A stretch of 27,825 nucleotides of DNA from an uncultured virus (IMG/VR IMGVR_UViG_3300029951_000012) (Duplodnaviria; Heunggongvirae; Uroviricota; Caudoviricetes), in the IMG/VR virus record IMGVR_UViG_3300029951_000012, one strand, 5' to 3'. Under the pieces are notes generated by a model. The model searched no databases and was not told the origin of the DNA. It saw only the letters and a list, made by a program, of their open reading frames with translations. Position 1 is the stretch's first letter. Each line of letters starts with the position of its first letter. Below are positions 1 to 9,421 of the stretch, in pieces. A program made the position numbers and the translations under genes.

Positions 1-361
1 AGATCTTCAACGGAAGAATCATGTCCTGCGGGAGAACCGGGCTTTGCGGCGGCGTCCAGTAGCTCTGCCCATCAAAGAAGTTGCTCCATGTCAGTGCCGT
101 CCATGATGCTGGGTCAAGATTCGCCACAACGGGAAGCGCCGTTAGAAGCAAAGGCTTCTTGAAGCGGCAACTGCCCATGTTGGCGAGATATTCCTGAAAG
201 TTCCGCCACGCCGCAATCACCATCGTCTGCGAAAACGGCTGCTCGTCCGTGAGGATGTCACCCCCAACAGATTCGATTGCGTCCCCCATCCTCACGCGCC
301 CAAGATTCATCACGCTTTCCAGCGAGTCATAGGGCGCGGTCAGTGGCGGCGGCAGCGGCGA
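1..361 (-). CDS. Partial virion head-completion/adaptor-like protein, runs off the window edge; start uncertain
   Basis: Open frame read by hand: SPLPPPLTAPYDSLESVMNLGRVRMGDAIESVGGDILTDEQPF...DMILPLKI. The expected ATG reads ATCG (362-359); first in-frame GTG/ATG at 313/310. Function inferred from position downstream of the capsid gene only. Confidence 0.5.
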
Positions 362-370
362 TTGATTTTC

Positions 371-1162
371 CTACTTTCCTTTCGGCTGTGTTGCGGAACG
401 AATGTTGTCCTGCTCAATCATCCAAGCTGTGTAGAGGTCGGCGTTGATGATGCCTTTGCAGCCCTTGCAGATAGCAACATCGGGGTCATTGACCTCGCCA
501 CAACCCTTGCACTTGGTACGCCCCTGCGGAGCCGCCTGAGTCATCCACGGCGAGTCTACGGCGTTATCGCGGCCAAGAACACGAGCGGCCACAAAATGCA
601 CCTTTGGGCGAACAATCTGCGAGAACGCCTTGCGGTCGGTCTGGTAGATGTCCGCAATCTGCCGCACTACCTGCTCACAGTAAGCCTTGAGCTTCGCGTG
701 AGCTTCTTCCAACTCTTGCGCGGTTGGTTTCTCGCCCTCAGCCACAAACACGCCCTGATGCGTCAGTGCGTTCGACGGAGACTGCCCACGGCCAAGCCCA
801 ATCATCGACTTGGCAAAATCTTTGCCGCGCTCCTGAAGGCGGCGGTACTCATCCTCGGACTGAGGATACAGTTCGTCCATGATGTAGCTGATGGGTGGAA
901 CATCGTTGCCGTGGGCATCGCGCACCAAAAGCTCTACGTAGGGGGTTCCTTCTGGACACGCTGGAATCAGGAATGAGCCAGTCGAGCCAGTGTTAACCAG
1001 CATCGGCCACGGCCCCACGTTGAAGACGTGAACCTTCTTCTTCTTTAACTCCTCAATCTCAGGCAGAACAGGCGGAATAGCACGGCCACGCGCCACAGCC
1101 AACTTGCGCTCGATATGTTCGTCTGCGATGGTTCTCATTCCTGAATGATTAGCGACTGGCAT
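371..1162 (-). CDS. Hypothetical phage protein with C-terminal zinc ribbon (CKGC-x10-CKGC)
   Basis: ORF 371..1270; likely start MPVANHSG at 1162 with GGAGAA SD upstream, overlapping the stop of the previous gene. Confidence 0.75.
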   Translation of the reverse strand: MPVANHSGMRTIADEHIERKLAVARGRAIPPVLPEIEELKKKKVHVFNVGPWPMLVNTGSTGSFLIPACPEGTPYVELLVRDAHGNDVPPISYIMDELYPQSEDEYRRLQERGKDFAKSMIGLGRGQSPSNALTHQGVFVAEGEKPTAQELEEAHAKLKAYCEQVVRQIADIYQTDRKAFSQIVRPKVHFVAARVLGRDNAVDSPWMTQAAPQGRTKCKGCGEVNDPDVAICKGCKGIINADLYTAWMIEQDNIRSATQPKGK

Positions 1163-1835
1163 AGTGAAGTTTCTCCGGGCGAATCTGTGTTGCGCCACGA
1201 ATCGGCAAACCAAGTTCATTCGCCGTCTTCGGGGTTGGTGCTGATTTTGTTGCTTTGGGCCGTCCGCCAATGTTCGCAGCGCGAATCCCAGCGACGGGCA
1301 TTAAATCCTTGATTTTGTCGAAGCGTTTCTGCTGCTGGTCTTTCTCTTCAGCCTCACGTGTTGCGCGGATGGCTCTCGCGTTGGCAATCGGGTCATTCGT
1401 CTTGGCCTTCTTTACCAGAGCGATGATGGTGTCGATTCCACCGTCTCCCGGTTGCGAGAACTCAAACGTGTGGCACTGAAAATAGACACCACGCGAAGGA
1501 TAAGGGCCAGTCAAAAGCAATCCATTGTAAGGGTCGCGGAATTTGAGGTTGTACTCCTCCTCGGTCATCAGCGTATGGTCAAACGCCGAAATCCACTTCT
1601 CCATAATCCATTTGCTGCCGATGTGCCGATAAGCCGGACGCGCTCGATAGCCAATGAATCCATCTGCAAACTCACCCCCGCAAAGCATTTGCACGGAAGG
1701 CGCAAACACGATGCGGAAGAGAGGTTCGTCGTAGGGATTGGAGCCTCCGACCCGTTTCATCGTTTCAGGGGTAGGGTATCCGAGCCAGTGTGTCGGCTCA
1801 GATACCACCCCATCGACTTGAATCAGGCTACTCAA
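1149..1835 (-). CDS. Hypothetical phage protein (virion module)
   Basis: ORF 1149..1976; protein-like sequence starts just after the capsid stop (TTG at 1835, LSSLIQV...). Start approximate. Confidence 0.7.
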   Translation of the reverse strand: MSSLIQVDGVVSEPTHWLGYPTPETMKRVGGSNPYDEPLFRIVFAPSVQMLCGGEFADGFIGYRARPAYRHIGSKWIMEKWISAFDHTLMTEEEYNLKFRDPYNGLLLTGPYPSRGVYFQCHTFEFSQPGDGGIDTIIALVKKAKTNDPIANARAIRATREAEEKDQQQKRFDKIKDLMPVAGIRAANIGGRPKATKSAPTPKTANELGLPIRGATQIRPEKLHYASR

Positions 1836-1839
1836 AGGC

Positions 1840-3114
1840 TTAACTCTGCCCCAGAATTCCGCTCGGAATTGCAATTCCAGAAGCGAAGGCGTTCTCACGA
1901 GTCTGCACCATTCCGAGCTGCATTTCCGTGACCATATAGAAAACGACTGCCGATGCCTGACCGCCGCTTGCGCCAATCACGCCGAACAGAGTCTGACCTG
2001 CGACATCGTAGAAATCGTCAGCTTTGGTCTGAATCTGGAAAGCGTTCTTGAGCGCGAGGAAGTCAATGTATCCGGGCAGCGCACGAGGGTTGGGAAGGAA
2101 TTCCCGACCGCCGATTGTGGAAGGTGTCTTCCGCTTGAGCATGTCCACCGACTCGTCGCCCTTGAGCTGCGCCATGTCGATGTGCTGCACGAGAAGCGCA
2201 TTCTGTTCCCATGCGGCAAGCTCAGACGGGGTAGCGTGAGCCACCAAGTCTTCCTCAGCGGTTTCCATGCCCTTCGAGAACTCCATCTGCGTCTGCAATG
2301 CGCGGACAATCTGAGGGGTCAGAGCGCCGTTCACTGCCACAGAGGGAGTGTTGTACTTTCCGGGCCACGCGGAACGCTGTACGCCCATCCAGTTGCCTGT
2401 GTTCGTGCCAACCTGATAGTAGCGAAGGCCGAACATGCCGGAGTTGGCTTGTCCAGACGAGCCGGAGACGAGCAGCTTCATACCAGCGGTGATAACGCCA
2501 GTCGTAACGCCGTTCGCAAGCCAGATGGTATTGGAGAGGATGTCCGAGTCCTGCACGGTGATGGTGGCAACGAACGTGCCGCCAACCGCCGTCCAAACGT
2601 CGATATCTTGGTCATCGAGGAAGAAGTTGGCGTTGTTGACGACGATGCCAACCGTGTTGCCACCCTCTGCGACGAGCGAAACGACGGTGTCGAGCGTGTT
2701 GGAGCCGTCGCCCTGAAGGGTGATGTCGAGGAAGTCGGCAAACAGCTTTGGAGCAATCGAGCGGGTGAGCGTGGCGAAGTTCTCAATCGCCTTCTCGTCC
2801 GAATCGGTTGCGTATTCAGCCTGACGGGTGTAGCTGAAAGCGTGGATAAAGCAGGTCGTGGTTAGCTGACCGGGAACCTGAGTCGGGCCAGAACCGATGC
2901 CCATGTCCTGGCCGTTCATGTTACCTACACGCGGCTTACCACCACGGGAAGGCATCGTCGGGATACGGCACGGACGGTCAGAGACAGGCTTGACGGATGT
3001 GTTTTTCTGGATGCGCTTGCGGAGAACGGATGCGGAAAGCGAAAGGTCTTCGAGTTCCGGGCGGACGTACTCTTGCTCGGAAGCGAGAGCTTGCATGGAG
3101 TTAGCGATGCCCAT
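1840..3114 (-). CDS. Major capsid protein (probable, HK97 fold)
   Basis: 424 aa, strong codon bias, GAGG SD, canonical position after portal and scaffold-like gene, preceded by a long leader. Confidence 0.75.
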   Translation of the reverse strand: MGIANSMQALASEQEYVRPELEDLSLSASVLRKRIQKNTSVKPVSDRPCRIPTMPSRGGKPRVGNMNGQDMGIGSGPTQVPGQLTTTCFIHAFSYTRQAEYATDSDEKAIENFATLTRSIAPKLFADFLDITLQGDGSNTLDTVVSLVAEGGNTVGIVVNNANFFLDDQDIDVWTAVGGTFVATITVQDSDILSNTIWLANGVTTGVITAGMKLLVSGSSGQANSGMFGLRYYQVGTNTGNWMGVQRSAWPGKYNTPSVAVNGALTPQIVRALQTQMEFSKGMETAEEDLVAHATPSELAAWEQNALLVQHIDMAQLKGDESVDMLKRKTPSTIGGREFLPNPRALPGYIDFLALKNAFQIQTKADDFYDVAGQTLFGVIGASGGQASAVVFYMVTEMQLGMVQTRENAFASGIAIPSGILGQS

Positions 3115-3267
3115 AAGGAAACCTCAAATTCAAGATTCATCCTCATGGCGTACCCTTCTGGGGTTTAGTCATGCAAGAAGCACTGCGGCGAATTGTGGCT
3201 TACTCCGTCAATCTTTAGGAACTGACTTCAGCCGTTCGCTTTGCAACTGTTACCGAATACATTACCA
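3115..3267 (-). promoter_or_regulatory. Extended -10 promoter and structured 5' leader of the capsid gene
   Basis: TGgTAATGT on the minus strand (3267-3259), followed by nested stems GCGAA/UUCGC, GGCU/AGCC and GUCAGUU/GAUUGAC. Confidence 0.5.
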
Positions 3268-3272
3268 CACTG

Positions 3273-4535
3273 CTACTTTTGACCCCACTGGACGGGGTTC
3301 TTGCGCCCGACAATGTATGCCTGGCGCTTCACAAGCATATGCTGTGGAGTCCGCGCAAGATCAACTTTCAGTCCCTGTGTCTGCGGTGCGCCAGCGATGC
3401 GCTCGTACTTGATTGCGCCCTCTACGGCTGGCCTGGCGGTCACAGCGGGTTTTTCCGCGACTGCCGCTGGCCTGCCCTTCCGCGCCGCCAGAACATCGCC
3501 CACAATCCGCTTGGCCGCGCCCTGAATAATCTTCTTATGTTCGGAATTGACGCGCATAACCCAAGATTTCTGGTTATTCGACTTGAGGTAAGCCTTGAGG
3601 TCGCGCTGGTAGGCGGAATTGATACTTACTCGCGCATTGATTTCTTCGCGCATGGCCGTCTCAATTCTTTTGTCTTCACCGGGCAGCAATTTTCCATTGC
3701 CGATAACTTTTTGCGTTTCGGAAATCATCAGATTTCGGGAAGTTGGAGCAATTGCATCGTTCCACTGCCTATCCCGCAGTTCCATCGCAGCATCTTCCTG
3801 ATTTGGCTGGGTCTGGGTGGCCTCTGGCTTCTTTGCCTCTGGCGAAACAATGGGCTTCCGCGCCATTGCAAAAATCTCCCCAAAAGCTCCTTTGATAGCC
3901 TTATAGCCTTCGATAAGTTGCTGCACGGAAGGGTCATCGCTCTGTTGCGGGATGATGCGGTCAAGCAACTTGAATTGCAGCGGCAAATCTCGTTCTGCAA
4001 AGTAGCCTTCCACAGCCTTTGCAACGAGGGTGGAATAGCCATCTGGGTTCACTTCCCAAAATTTATTAAATGCAGCCTGAACAAGTGCCGGAAATGCTGC
4101 GGGGAAGGTTTCAGCGATATGGCTGACAACATCGGGGTCGCCAGCCTCAATCTTATGGTCGAAATCACGATAAAACTGACGTTCACTGAGTGTATCTTCG
4201 ATGACCTGCTCAATCGGCACGGCATCGGGCGTCTCGGAGTCGGCAGAGAGCCGCTTTACTGACTCCAAAACAGCGTCAATGCCCTTCAGCCCTTCAGGAT
4301 GGCGCTTGCTCACCTCCGTGGAGTCATAGATGGCTTTACGAACTTGCGCTACGGTCTTAGGGTCTTTGCCCTGAAAGCTGTCTTTGATGGATTTCCATAA
4401 GGGGGCGCCAGAAAGAGCCTCGCCGCCGGCAGTTTCAGTTCCTTCGATGGGTTCAGCGCCCTCAACAGGCTCAGCGCCTTCTACTGGCTCAATTGCTTCT
4501 TCAATGGGGGCGTCTACGATTGCTTCTTCTGGCAT
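3273..4535 (-). CDS. Capsid scaffolding/assembly-like protein
   Basis: 420 aa with acidic N-terminus containing EPVEGA repeats, helical body and basic C-terminus; lies between portal and capsid genes. Confidence 0.6.
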   Translation of the reverse strand: MPEEAIVDAPIEEAIEPVEGAEPVEGAEPIEGTETAGGEALSGAPLWKSIKDSFQGKDPKTVAQVRKAIYDSTEVSKRHPEGLKGIDAVLESVKRLSADSETPDAVPIEQVIEDTLSERQFYRDFDHKIEAGDPDVVSHIAETFPAAFPALVQAAFNKFWEVNPDGYSTLVAKAVEGYFAERDLPLQFKLLDRIIPQQSDDPSVQQLIEGYKAIKGAFGEIFAMARKPIVSPEAKKPEATQTQPNQEDAAMELRDRQWNDAIAPTSRNLMISETQKVIGNGKLLPGEDKRIETAMREEINARVSINSAYQRDLKAYLKSNNQKSWVMRVNSEHKKIIQGAAKRIVGDVLAARKGRPAAVAEKPAVTARPAVEGAIKYERIAGAPQTQGLKVDLARTPQHMLVKRQAYIVGRKNPVQWGQK

Positions 4536-4654
4536 TGTTTTTCCTCACTCTTTAGGAGTTCGAGATAGTCGGTCATCATGTAAACGATTACGGGCCGGTC
4601 AAAGGCTATGTGACCGTTCGGTAGAGTAACCAATTTTGCATTTTCATATTTCAT
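4514..4654 (-). CDS. Small hypothetical protein (46 aa, MKYENAKLVTLPNGHIAFDRP...)
   Basis: Hand-translated; ATGA overlap with the portal stop; fills the portal-scaffold gap. Confidence 0.45.
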   Translation of the reverse strand: MKYENAKLVTLPNGHIAFDRPVIVYMMTDYLELLKSEEKQCQKKQS

Positions 4655-7032
4655 ACTGTTCCCGTTCCCGGCGTACCGGGTGCTGCTGCGTTCTTTGCTA
4701 CTCCGGGCTGCGCTTCTGGCGCGGCTTCGATAATTCCAGCTTGCTTGTTCATTTGCTGTCTAGCGGCTGGGTCTTCATCCTTGAAGTTAATGCTCTCACT
4801 CGGCGGCTTCATCTGCTGCATCGCCGCTGCTTTGGCTGCTGCCTGCTGTGCAAGGAATTGGTCATGCACGCCTTTGTGGAGTCTAACATTCTGCACGCCC
4901 AATTTAGCTTGCTCGATTTCCGCAACCTCACCAATGTTCTGCCGAATCCAGCAATCCTCACTCGACAAATACTCCTGGCACTTCGCTGATTCCCATTGGT
5001 GATAGTCGTCCGCTTCCGGCATGAGCGAAGGTAGCGAGGGTGGCGGTGGTTGATATGGAGGGTCAGGCAGTCCTTGAGCGCGTGACAATAACGCCTGCGC
5101 CTGATGTTGTTGGTTGTACTGATCGAAGGCGGGATTTGGAGTGGGCGGCTCACGCAATAGAATCTCCAACTCTCGCGTTTGCTTTTTATATGCAATTGCA
5201 GGAGTCAGCACCAAATCCGGGTTGCCGTTCAACTGCAAGAACTCCTGCCAATTATCGGGCGACTCGAACAGTGTTTGACCTAGTGGAGACTTCGACGCCA
5301 TTCCGATAATGGTTTGCAGATTTGCACGCTTCGATGCCGTTGTCTCTGGGAAACTAGATTCCGAAATATGCGCGTGGAACTTACCCTTTTTCAAACGCTC
5401 TAGCTTCAGCGTGACATTCTTGCCGTCGCCCGAAGTAACGACGATTTCTTGTCCGTGGTCGGGATTCTCAGACGCAAGCAATGCCGCCTTTGTGTAGATT
5501 CCGCCAAACATCCGCTGAAGCGATGCCCATGCCGGGCCCAGCATCCCCATTGCCTGACTTCTATCCATTGCCTGACCGCTTGCCGTCTGGTCGGGCTTAG
5601 ATTGCCCTTCGAGAGCAGGGAGAGCGCCTACAAGCTCCTGCGAAAGCATCCGAAGTTCGGTAATAGCTTCATCAAATCCTGCGGGAGATTCCGTCTGCGG
5701 TTCGCGGTAGAAACTTTCCTCAATTGGATGGCCAGGGTCTGCCGACTTCAACAGAACGCAATTACCGGGCTTACTCCGCTGGTCAACAATCGCGTCGTAA
5801 TCCTCAGCATCGCCACGGAAGTAAGTAAAACTCCAGCCCTTCTCGTAATTCTCGCGCTTGGCGTTCATGTAATCGTTGAACGCATCCTGCACAACCTTGT
5901 CCGGCTCCATCAGAGCGCCGCCGCTCATCCCATCGCGCTCAACCGGAAACCCAACGTCCAGCGCATCATCAGGGCACTCGTTCCAAGCCTCTGAGTACGT
6001 CTTGCCGATGTATTTGACATGCGCCCCATCAGGGAACAGCATCTCCATCATTTCCTGAATGGTTTTCGTGCCGTCCGACATCTCGCCATTCGGAAGTTCT
6101 CCGGTGTATGGCTCATCCATCGACTTGTCGGTAAACCCATCAGGTCGGAGAAAGCAGTTCATCTCCGTTGTGAGGTACGACAGCGCCATTCCTGTTAGGT
6201 AATACGATTTCTTCGCTTGCCTTGCACCGATGCGGGCGTAGCGTTCCCAATCGGACTCGCCTAAACCAGCCTCACCCGGAGCGATCTTATCCTCAATCCA
6301 ATCGTTCTGCGCCTTCGCCGTGAGAGCGTCTAAATCGTCATACAGAAAGCAGTACAGCGCATCGCAAAACTCATCGCAGACAATCGGAACCTTTGACTCT
6401 AGCGTTCCGTAGATGCGCGTTGTTTCCATTGAGCGCGGCGAACCATCAGCGTTACTACCAAACTTAGCTCTCGACTTTAGGGTTGATGTCCAAGCCACGC
6501 ATCTTCCAGAAAGCTCGAACATCCTAGCGATGTCCTGCTGGATTTTCTTGATATCGTTGTTCTGGTCGAAGAGATGCCGGAAACCCTCCGCAGTCTCGGC
6601 CGCTTCGATATCCTCACTCTGTCCCGGTCGGTCAGGCGTGAAGTCCACTGCAGGCTCATTCTGAGTAAGCACCGCGTCAAGCGATCTGCGGCGGATGCGG
6701 AAGATGTTGTACGCACCCATAAACTCAGGACATTCAATCGATTGACCGTTGCCGATGTTGACATACCCACCTGCCGTTCCAACCTGATACACGCCCGTTC
6801 CCCAATTTGGGTAAACGTGCTGCACCCCATCATCGTAGAAGCGCAGGATTCTATCCATCAGAACTTCGATACGACGGTCGTACACATCCCGCGCTTGATA
6901 CTTCTTCACGAGGCGGTCAAACGCATCTTTCAGAATTTCAGGAAGGTCGCGGTTATTCTGCCCGTAGGTTGGCGGGTCATCGCTTTGCGGCACGGAAACG
7001 GGAGCGGCTTCGTCGGCAAGCTGCTCCTCCAT
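4651..7032 (-). CDS. Portal protein (P22-like, long form)
   Basis: 793 aa; FYDDGVQH N-terminal motif, EDIEAAE helix, GQ...TASG clip-region motif, Q/P-rich C-terminal extension; position downstream of terL. Confidence 0.85.
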   Translation of the reverse strand: MEEQLADEAAPVSVPQSDDPPTYGQNNRDLPEILKDAFDRLVKKYQARDVYDRRIEVLMDRILRFYDDGVQHVYPNWGTGVYQVGTAGGYVNIGNGQSIECPEFMGAYNIFRIRRRSLDAVLTQNEPAVDFTPDRPGQSEDIEAAETAEGFRHLFDQNNDIKKIQQDIARMFELSGRCVAWTSTLKSRAKFGSNADGSPRSMETTRIYGTLESKVPIVCDEFCDALYCFLYDDLDALTAKAQNDWIEDKIAPGEAGLGESDWERYARIGARQAKKSYYLTGMALSYLTTEMNCFLRPDGFTDKSMDEPYTGELPNGEMSDGTKTIQEMMEMLFPDGAHVKYIGKTYSEAWNECPDDALDVGFPVERDGMSGGALMEPDKVVQDAFNDYMNAKRENYEKGWSFTYFRGDAEDYDAIVDQRSKPGNCVLLKSADPGHPIEESFYREPQTESPAGFDEAITELRMLSQELVGALPALEGQSKPDQTASGQAMDRSQAMGMLGPAWASLQRMFGGIYTKAALLASENPDHGQEIVVTSGDGKNVTLKLERLKKGKFHAHISESSFPETTASKRANLQTIIGMASKSPLGQTLFESPDNWQEFLQLNGNPDLVLTPAIAYKKQTRELEILLREPPTPNPAFDQYNQQHQAQALLSRAQGLPDPPYQPPPPSLPSLMPEADDYHQWESAKCQEYLSSEDCWIRQNIGEVAEIEQAKLGVQNVRLHKGVHDQFLAQQAAAKAAAMQQMKPPSESINFKDEDPAARQQMNKQAGIIEAAPEAQPGVAKNAAAPGTPGTGTV

Positions 7033-7054
7033 TTTTGATTCATCGACAATGGCG

Positions 7055-7357
7055 CTAGTGTCTGTAACGCGAACCTCCGCTCAGTTCGTGAATCCGTTTA
7101 GCTTTGTCGAGTCTATCAACAACTTCCTGCGCCTCAAGAATGGCTGCAACCGCTCTTTCCAGCGTTCCACAACACACCTTCGCGCCCACCGGGACAACCG
7201 ATAGGCAATAGGGACAACTTAGCTCTTTCTCCATGTTGTCGGCCCACATCGAGGCCATCTGCTCGCGAACAAACGCGATTTTCTCCACCCCCGCCTGATA
7301 CTCAGGGTCGGCGGCGTTGGCATCATTCACTACTTGATTGAGAGCGTCGTCGTTCAT
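7055..7357 (-). CDS. Hypothetical protein with zinc-ribbon-like CPYC...CC
   Basis: 100-aa ORF overlapping the upstream gene's stop. Confidence 0.7.
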   Translation of the reverse strand: MNDDALNQVVNDANAADPEYQAGVEKIAFVREQMASMWADNMEKELSCPYCLSVVPVGAKVCCGTLERAVAAILEAQEVVDRLDKAKRIHELSGGSRYRH

Positions 7358-7569
7358 TTACGCATTCCGGCATAGCCCTTCGCCGCACGAGCATCGCGCC
7401 TAGTCTGCGGGTCTTTTGAATCCAGCGCAGAGTTTATACGCTTGGCTCCCAATTTCTCGCCCTGCGGAACGCCTAACTCAGCGTGAAGACGCCCCGGATG
7501 CGAAGTCCATGAACCCTTCGCTCCGAGGTCTACCGTCTTCGTTTTCTTCTTGTCGTAGAGGCCAGCCAT
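7354..7569 (-). CDS. Small basic phage protein (HPGRLHAELGVPQGEK motif)
   Basis: 71 aa, GGAGG SD; motif resembles small basic proteins seen in phage head modules. Confidence 0.75.
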   Translation of the reverse strand: MAGLYDKKKTKTVDLGAKGSWTSHPGRLHAELGVPQGEKLGAKRINSALDSKDPQTRRDARAAKGYAGMRK

Positions 7570-7581
7570 ACCGCCTCCGCC

Positions 7582-8157
7582 CTAGTACAGAACGTGCGTG
7601 GTCGAAGCGTAGGCAGACCCCGGCGTGGCATTGTTGTACGACAGCGCACCCGGAATCCCAAGCCAGTTCAAAATGGTCACGTTGGCTGAGAGGCTGTTGT
7701 AGCCCGTAACAAATGTGGTGAAATTGGCGTTGGTCGCAATGCCCGCTGCTTGGCAGAACTTCGCATCACAAACAACAAGACCGCCGCCGTAGGCAGTTGC
7801 CGCTGTTGCTGCTTCCTGCAAGCCAAAGTCGCCAGAGCGAACTAGGTCGCCCTGACCGTGACCGAAGCCGAAGGCCGCAGTGATAATACAGGTTCCATAA
7901 ATCGTCGGCGTGGGATTCGATACGCTGGTAGGCGTCACCGTCTCAATCGACGTTCCGCTGCCAATCGTAATCGGGATGCCAGCAACAGGCGACACAGCGC
8001 GACCATCAGGCGTGTACACCACACCCAGCGCCAGCGTGATCGCATAGGTTCCCGATGTCGGGTTTCCAGCAATAACCTGAAACGCAGGGGTTTCCGGGTT
8101 TACGCCGTAGGCATAGTTGTATGCGTTGAATTCAGCGGAATACTTCGTGAGTGCCAT
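7582..8157 (-). CDS. Probable virion structural/decoration protein (T/A/G-rich, beta-rich)
   Basis: 191 aa, AGGAG SD; LQEA...GGGLV motif recalls N-terminal parts of tailspike-like proteins. Confidence 0.6.
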   Translation of the reverse strand: MALTKYSAEFNAYNYAYGVNPETPAFQVIAGNPTSGTYAITLALGVVYTPDGRAVSPVAGIPITIGSGTSIETVTPTSVSNPTPTIYGTCIITAAFGFGHGQGDLVRSGDFGLQEAATAATAYGGGLVVCDAKFCQAAGIATNANFTTFVTGYNSLSANVTILNWLGIPGALSYNNATPGSAYASTTHVLY

Positions 8158-8169
8158 GTTTTCTCCTAT

Positions 8170-8619
8170 TTACTGCATTCCGCCCATAGGCGTTGACTCT
8201 TCTGCGTGCTGCGGTTTGTCTTCCGAACCCTCTTCGCCGCCCATAAACGCTTTCAGCCCGTCGCCCATCTCTTCAGGTGAGTCGTGCTCCTGCGTCTCTT
8301 CGTGCGTGCCGTCTTCATGGATGCCGTGCGTGTGGCCGGTAAAGCCATCGTGCTTAGCATGGTGATGCTTCGATTCCGGCTCGTGCTCGTGTGCGATGTG
8401 GGTGGTCATGTGGAGTAGGTCGGGATGCTGCTCTTCCTGGCCGTCCTTCATGGTGTGGTAAGTGCCGTCGCCATGGTCGTGAATCTCCATCGGAGAACCG
8501 GCCTCTTCATGTTCGCCCTCAGGCTTGGCTTCAGCGGGTTGGCGCATCTTCGACATCCCATCCTGCATCGACTTCATGCCGCCGCCCGGATTCATCAGCT
8601 TGTTCAGTCCCATAGCCAT
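8170..8619 (-). CDS. His/Met/Glu-rich hypothetical protein
   Basis: 149 aa with about 19 His and 14 Met; TAATG coupling to the upstream gene. Confidence 0.8.
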   Translation of the reverse strand: MAMGLNKLMNPGGGMKSMQDGMSKMRQPAEAKPEGEHEEAGSPMEIHDHGDGTYHTMKDGQEEQHPDLLHMTTHIAHEHEPESKHHHAKHDGFTGHTHGIHEDGTHEETQEHDSPEEMGDGLKAFMGGEEGSEDKPQHAEESTPMGGMQ

Positions 8620-9092
8620 TAGTGGGCCTCCGCAATCTTCAAAGCAGCATCCGCGTCCTCGCGGGTGCGGTAAGTGCCAAGTTCAATGTCGCCCTTACGC
8701 AACTCAAAGCCGTCAGCGACTTCCACAATCGCATACTCGGAAGTGATGGGCGCGGAATCAGGAACAGAAGCATCCTGCGGAGGTATGATGGCAGGAATCG
8801 GCAAGCCACCTGAAATTGGTGTGCCGTCGTGAGTTCCTATGCCCATCGCAAACTTAGCAGCATCGGGATTGGCCGACTGGCTCACATATTCCGCACCAAT
8901 GCCGTAGGGGTCACCTTCACCAGCAAAGCCAGTGTCCCAAAATTCGTTGTAGGATGAGCCGCCGTCGCAATGCTGCGGAGCGCCGCGCAGATGGTCAGGC
9001 GTGGCTTCTGTGTCGGGCAATCCCAAACACTTGCGTTCCGCGTGCCCGTCAGTCTTCACAGACCCCGGATTCATCTCTTCAAAGGTTGCCAT
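8619..9092 (-). CDS. Hypothetical acidic protein
   Basis: 157 aa; TGATG coupling and AGGAG SD. Confidence 0.7.
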   Translation of the reverse strand: MATFEEMNPGSVKTDGHAERKCLGLPDTEATPDHLRGAPQHCDGGSSYNEFWDTGFAGEGDPYGIGAEYVSQSANPDAAKFAMGIGTHDGTPISGGLPIPAIIPPQDASVPDSAPITSEYAIVEVADGFELRKGDIELGTYRTREDADAALKIAEAH

Positions 9093-9421
9093 CAGTTCTC
9101 CTGTTGCTTCTCGCGCTTCATCTGTTCCGCATTAACCTGCTGCTCGAAGAGTCTCCGCACGTCGCCAGAGTTCTTTGCGTGAATAATACCATCATCCGGC
9201 TTTGCGGCTTGCAAACGGAGTTTTTCAACAAGATTTTCGTAGCGGTTCTGCCATTTGTTGGAATCTTGGAGATAGCCCTGCGCTTGGATGTTCATCTCAG
9301 CTAGTTTTGTGGCCCTGTCAGCCAACTCAGCCTGAGCATCGCGTAGATTCAGAGCAATCACAACGCGGCTCCAGCCCAGAAGCCCAGCGAGTACCGCAAG
9401 AATTACTGCCGCCCAGACCAT
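9092..9421 (-). CDS. Membrane-anchored coiled-coil protein
   Basis: N-terminal hydrophobic helix MVWAAVILAVLAGLLGW followed by a heptad-rich segment. Confidence 0.7.
   Translation of the reverse strand: MVWAAVILAVLAGLLGWSRVVIALNLRDAQAELADRATKLAEMNIQAQGYLQDSNKWQNRYENLVEKLRLQAAKPDDGIIHAKNSGDVRRLFEQQVNAEQMKREKQQEN

Noticed and set aside
4440..4495. 18-bp EPVEGA coding repeats in the scaffold-like gene
   Set aside because: Ordinary low-complexity N-terminus with synonymous divergence.
371..7584. Genome-wide TAG recoding
   Set aside because: TAG stops at 3273, 7055 and 7582 are followed by intergenic gaps and new SD/ATG starts, and long genes are intact under the standard code.
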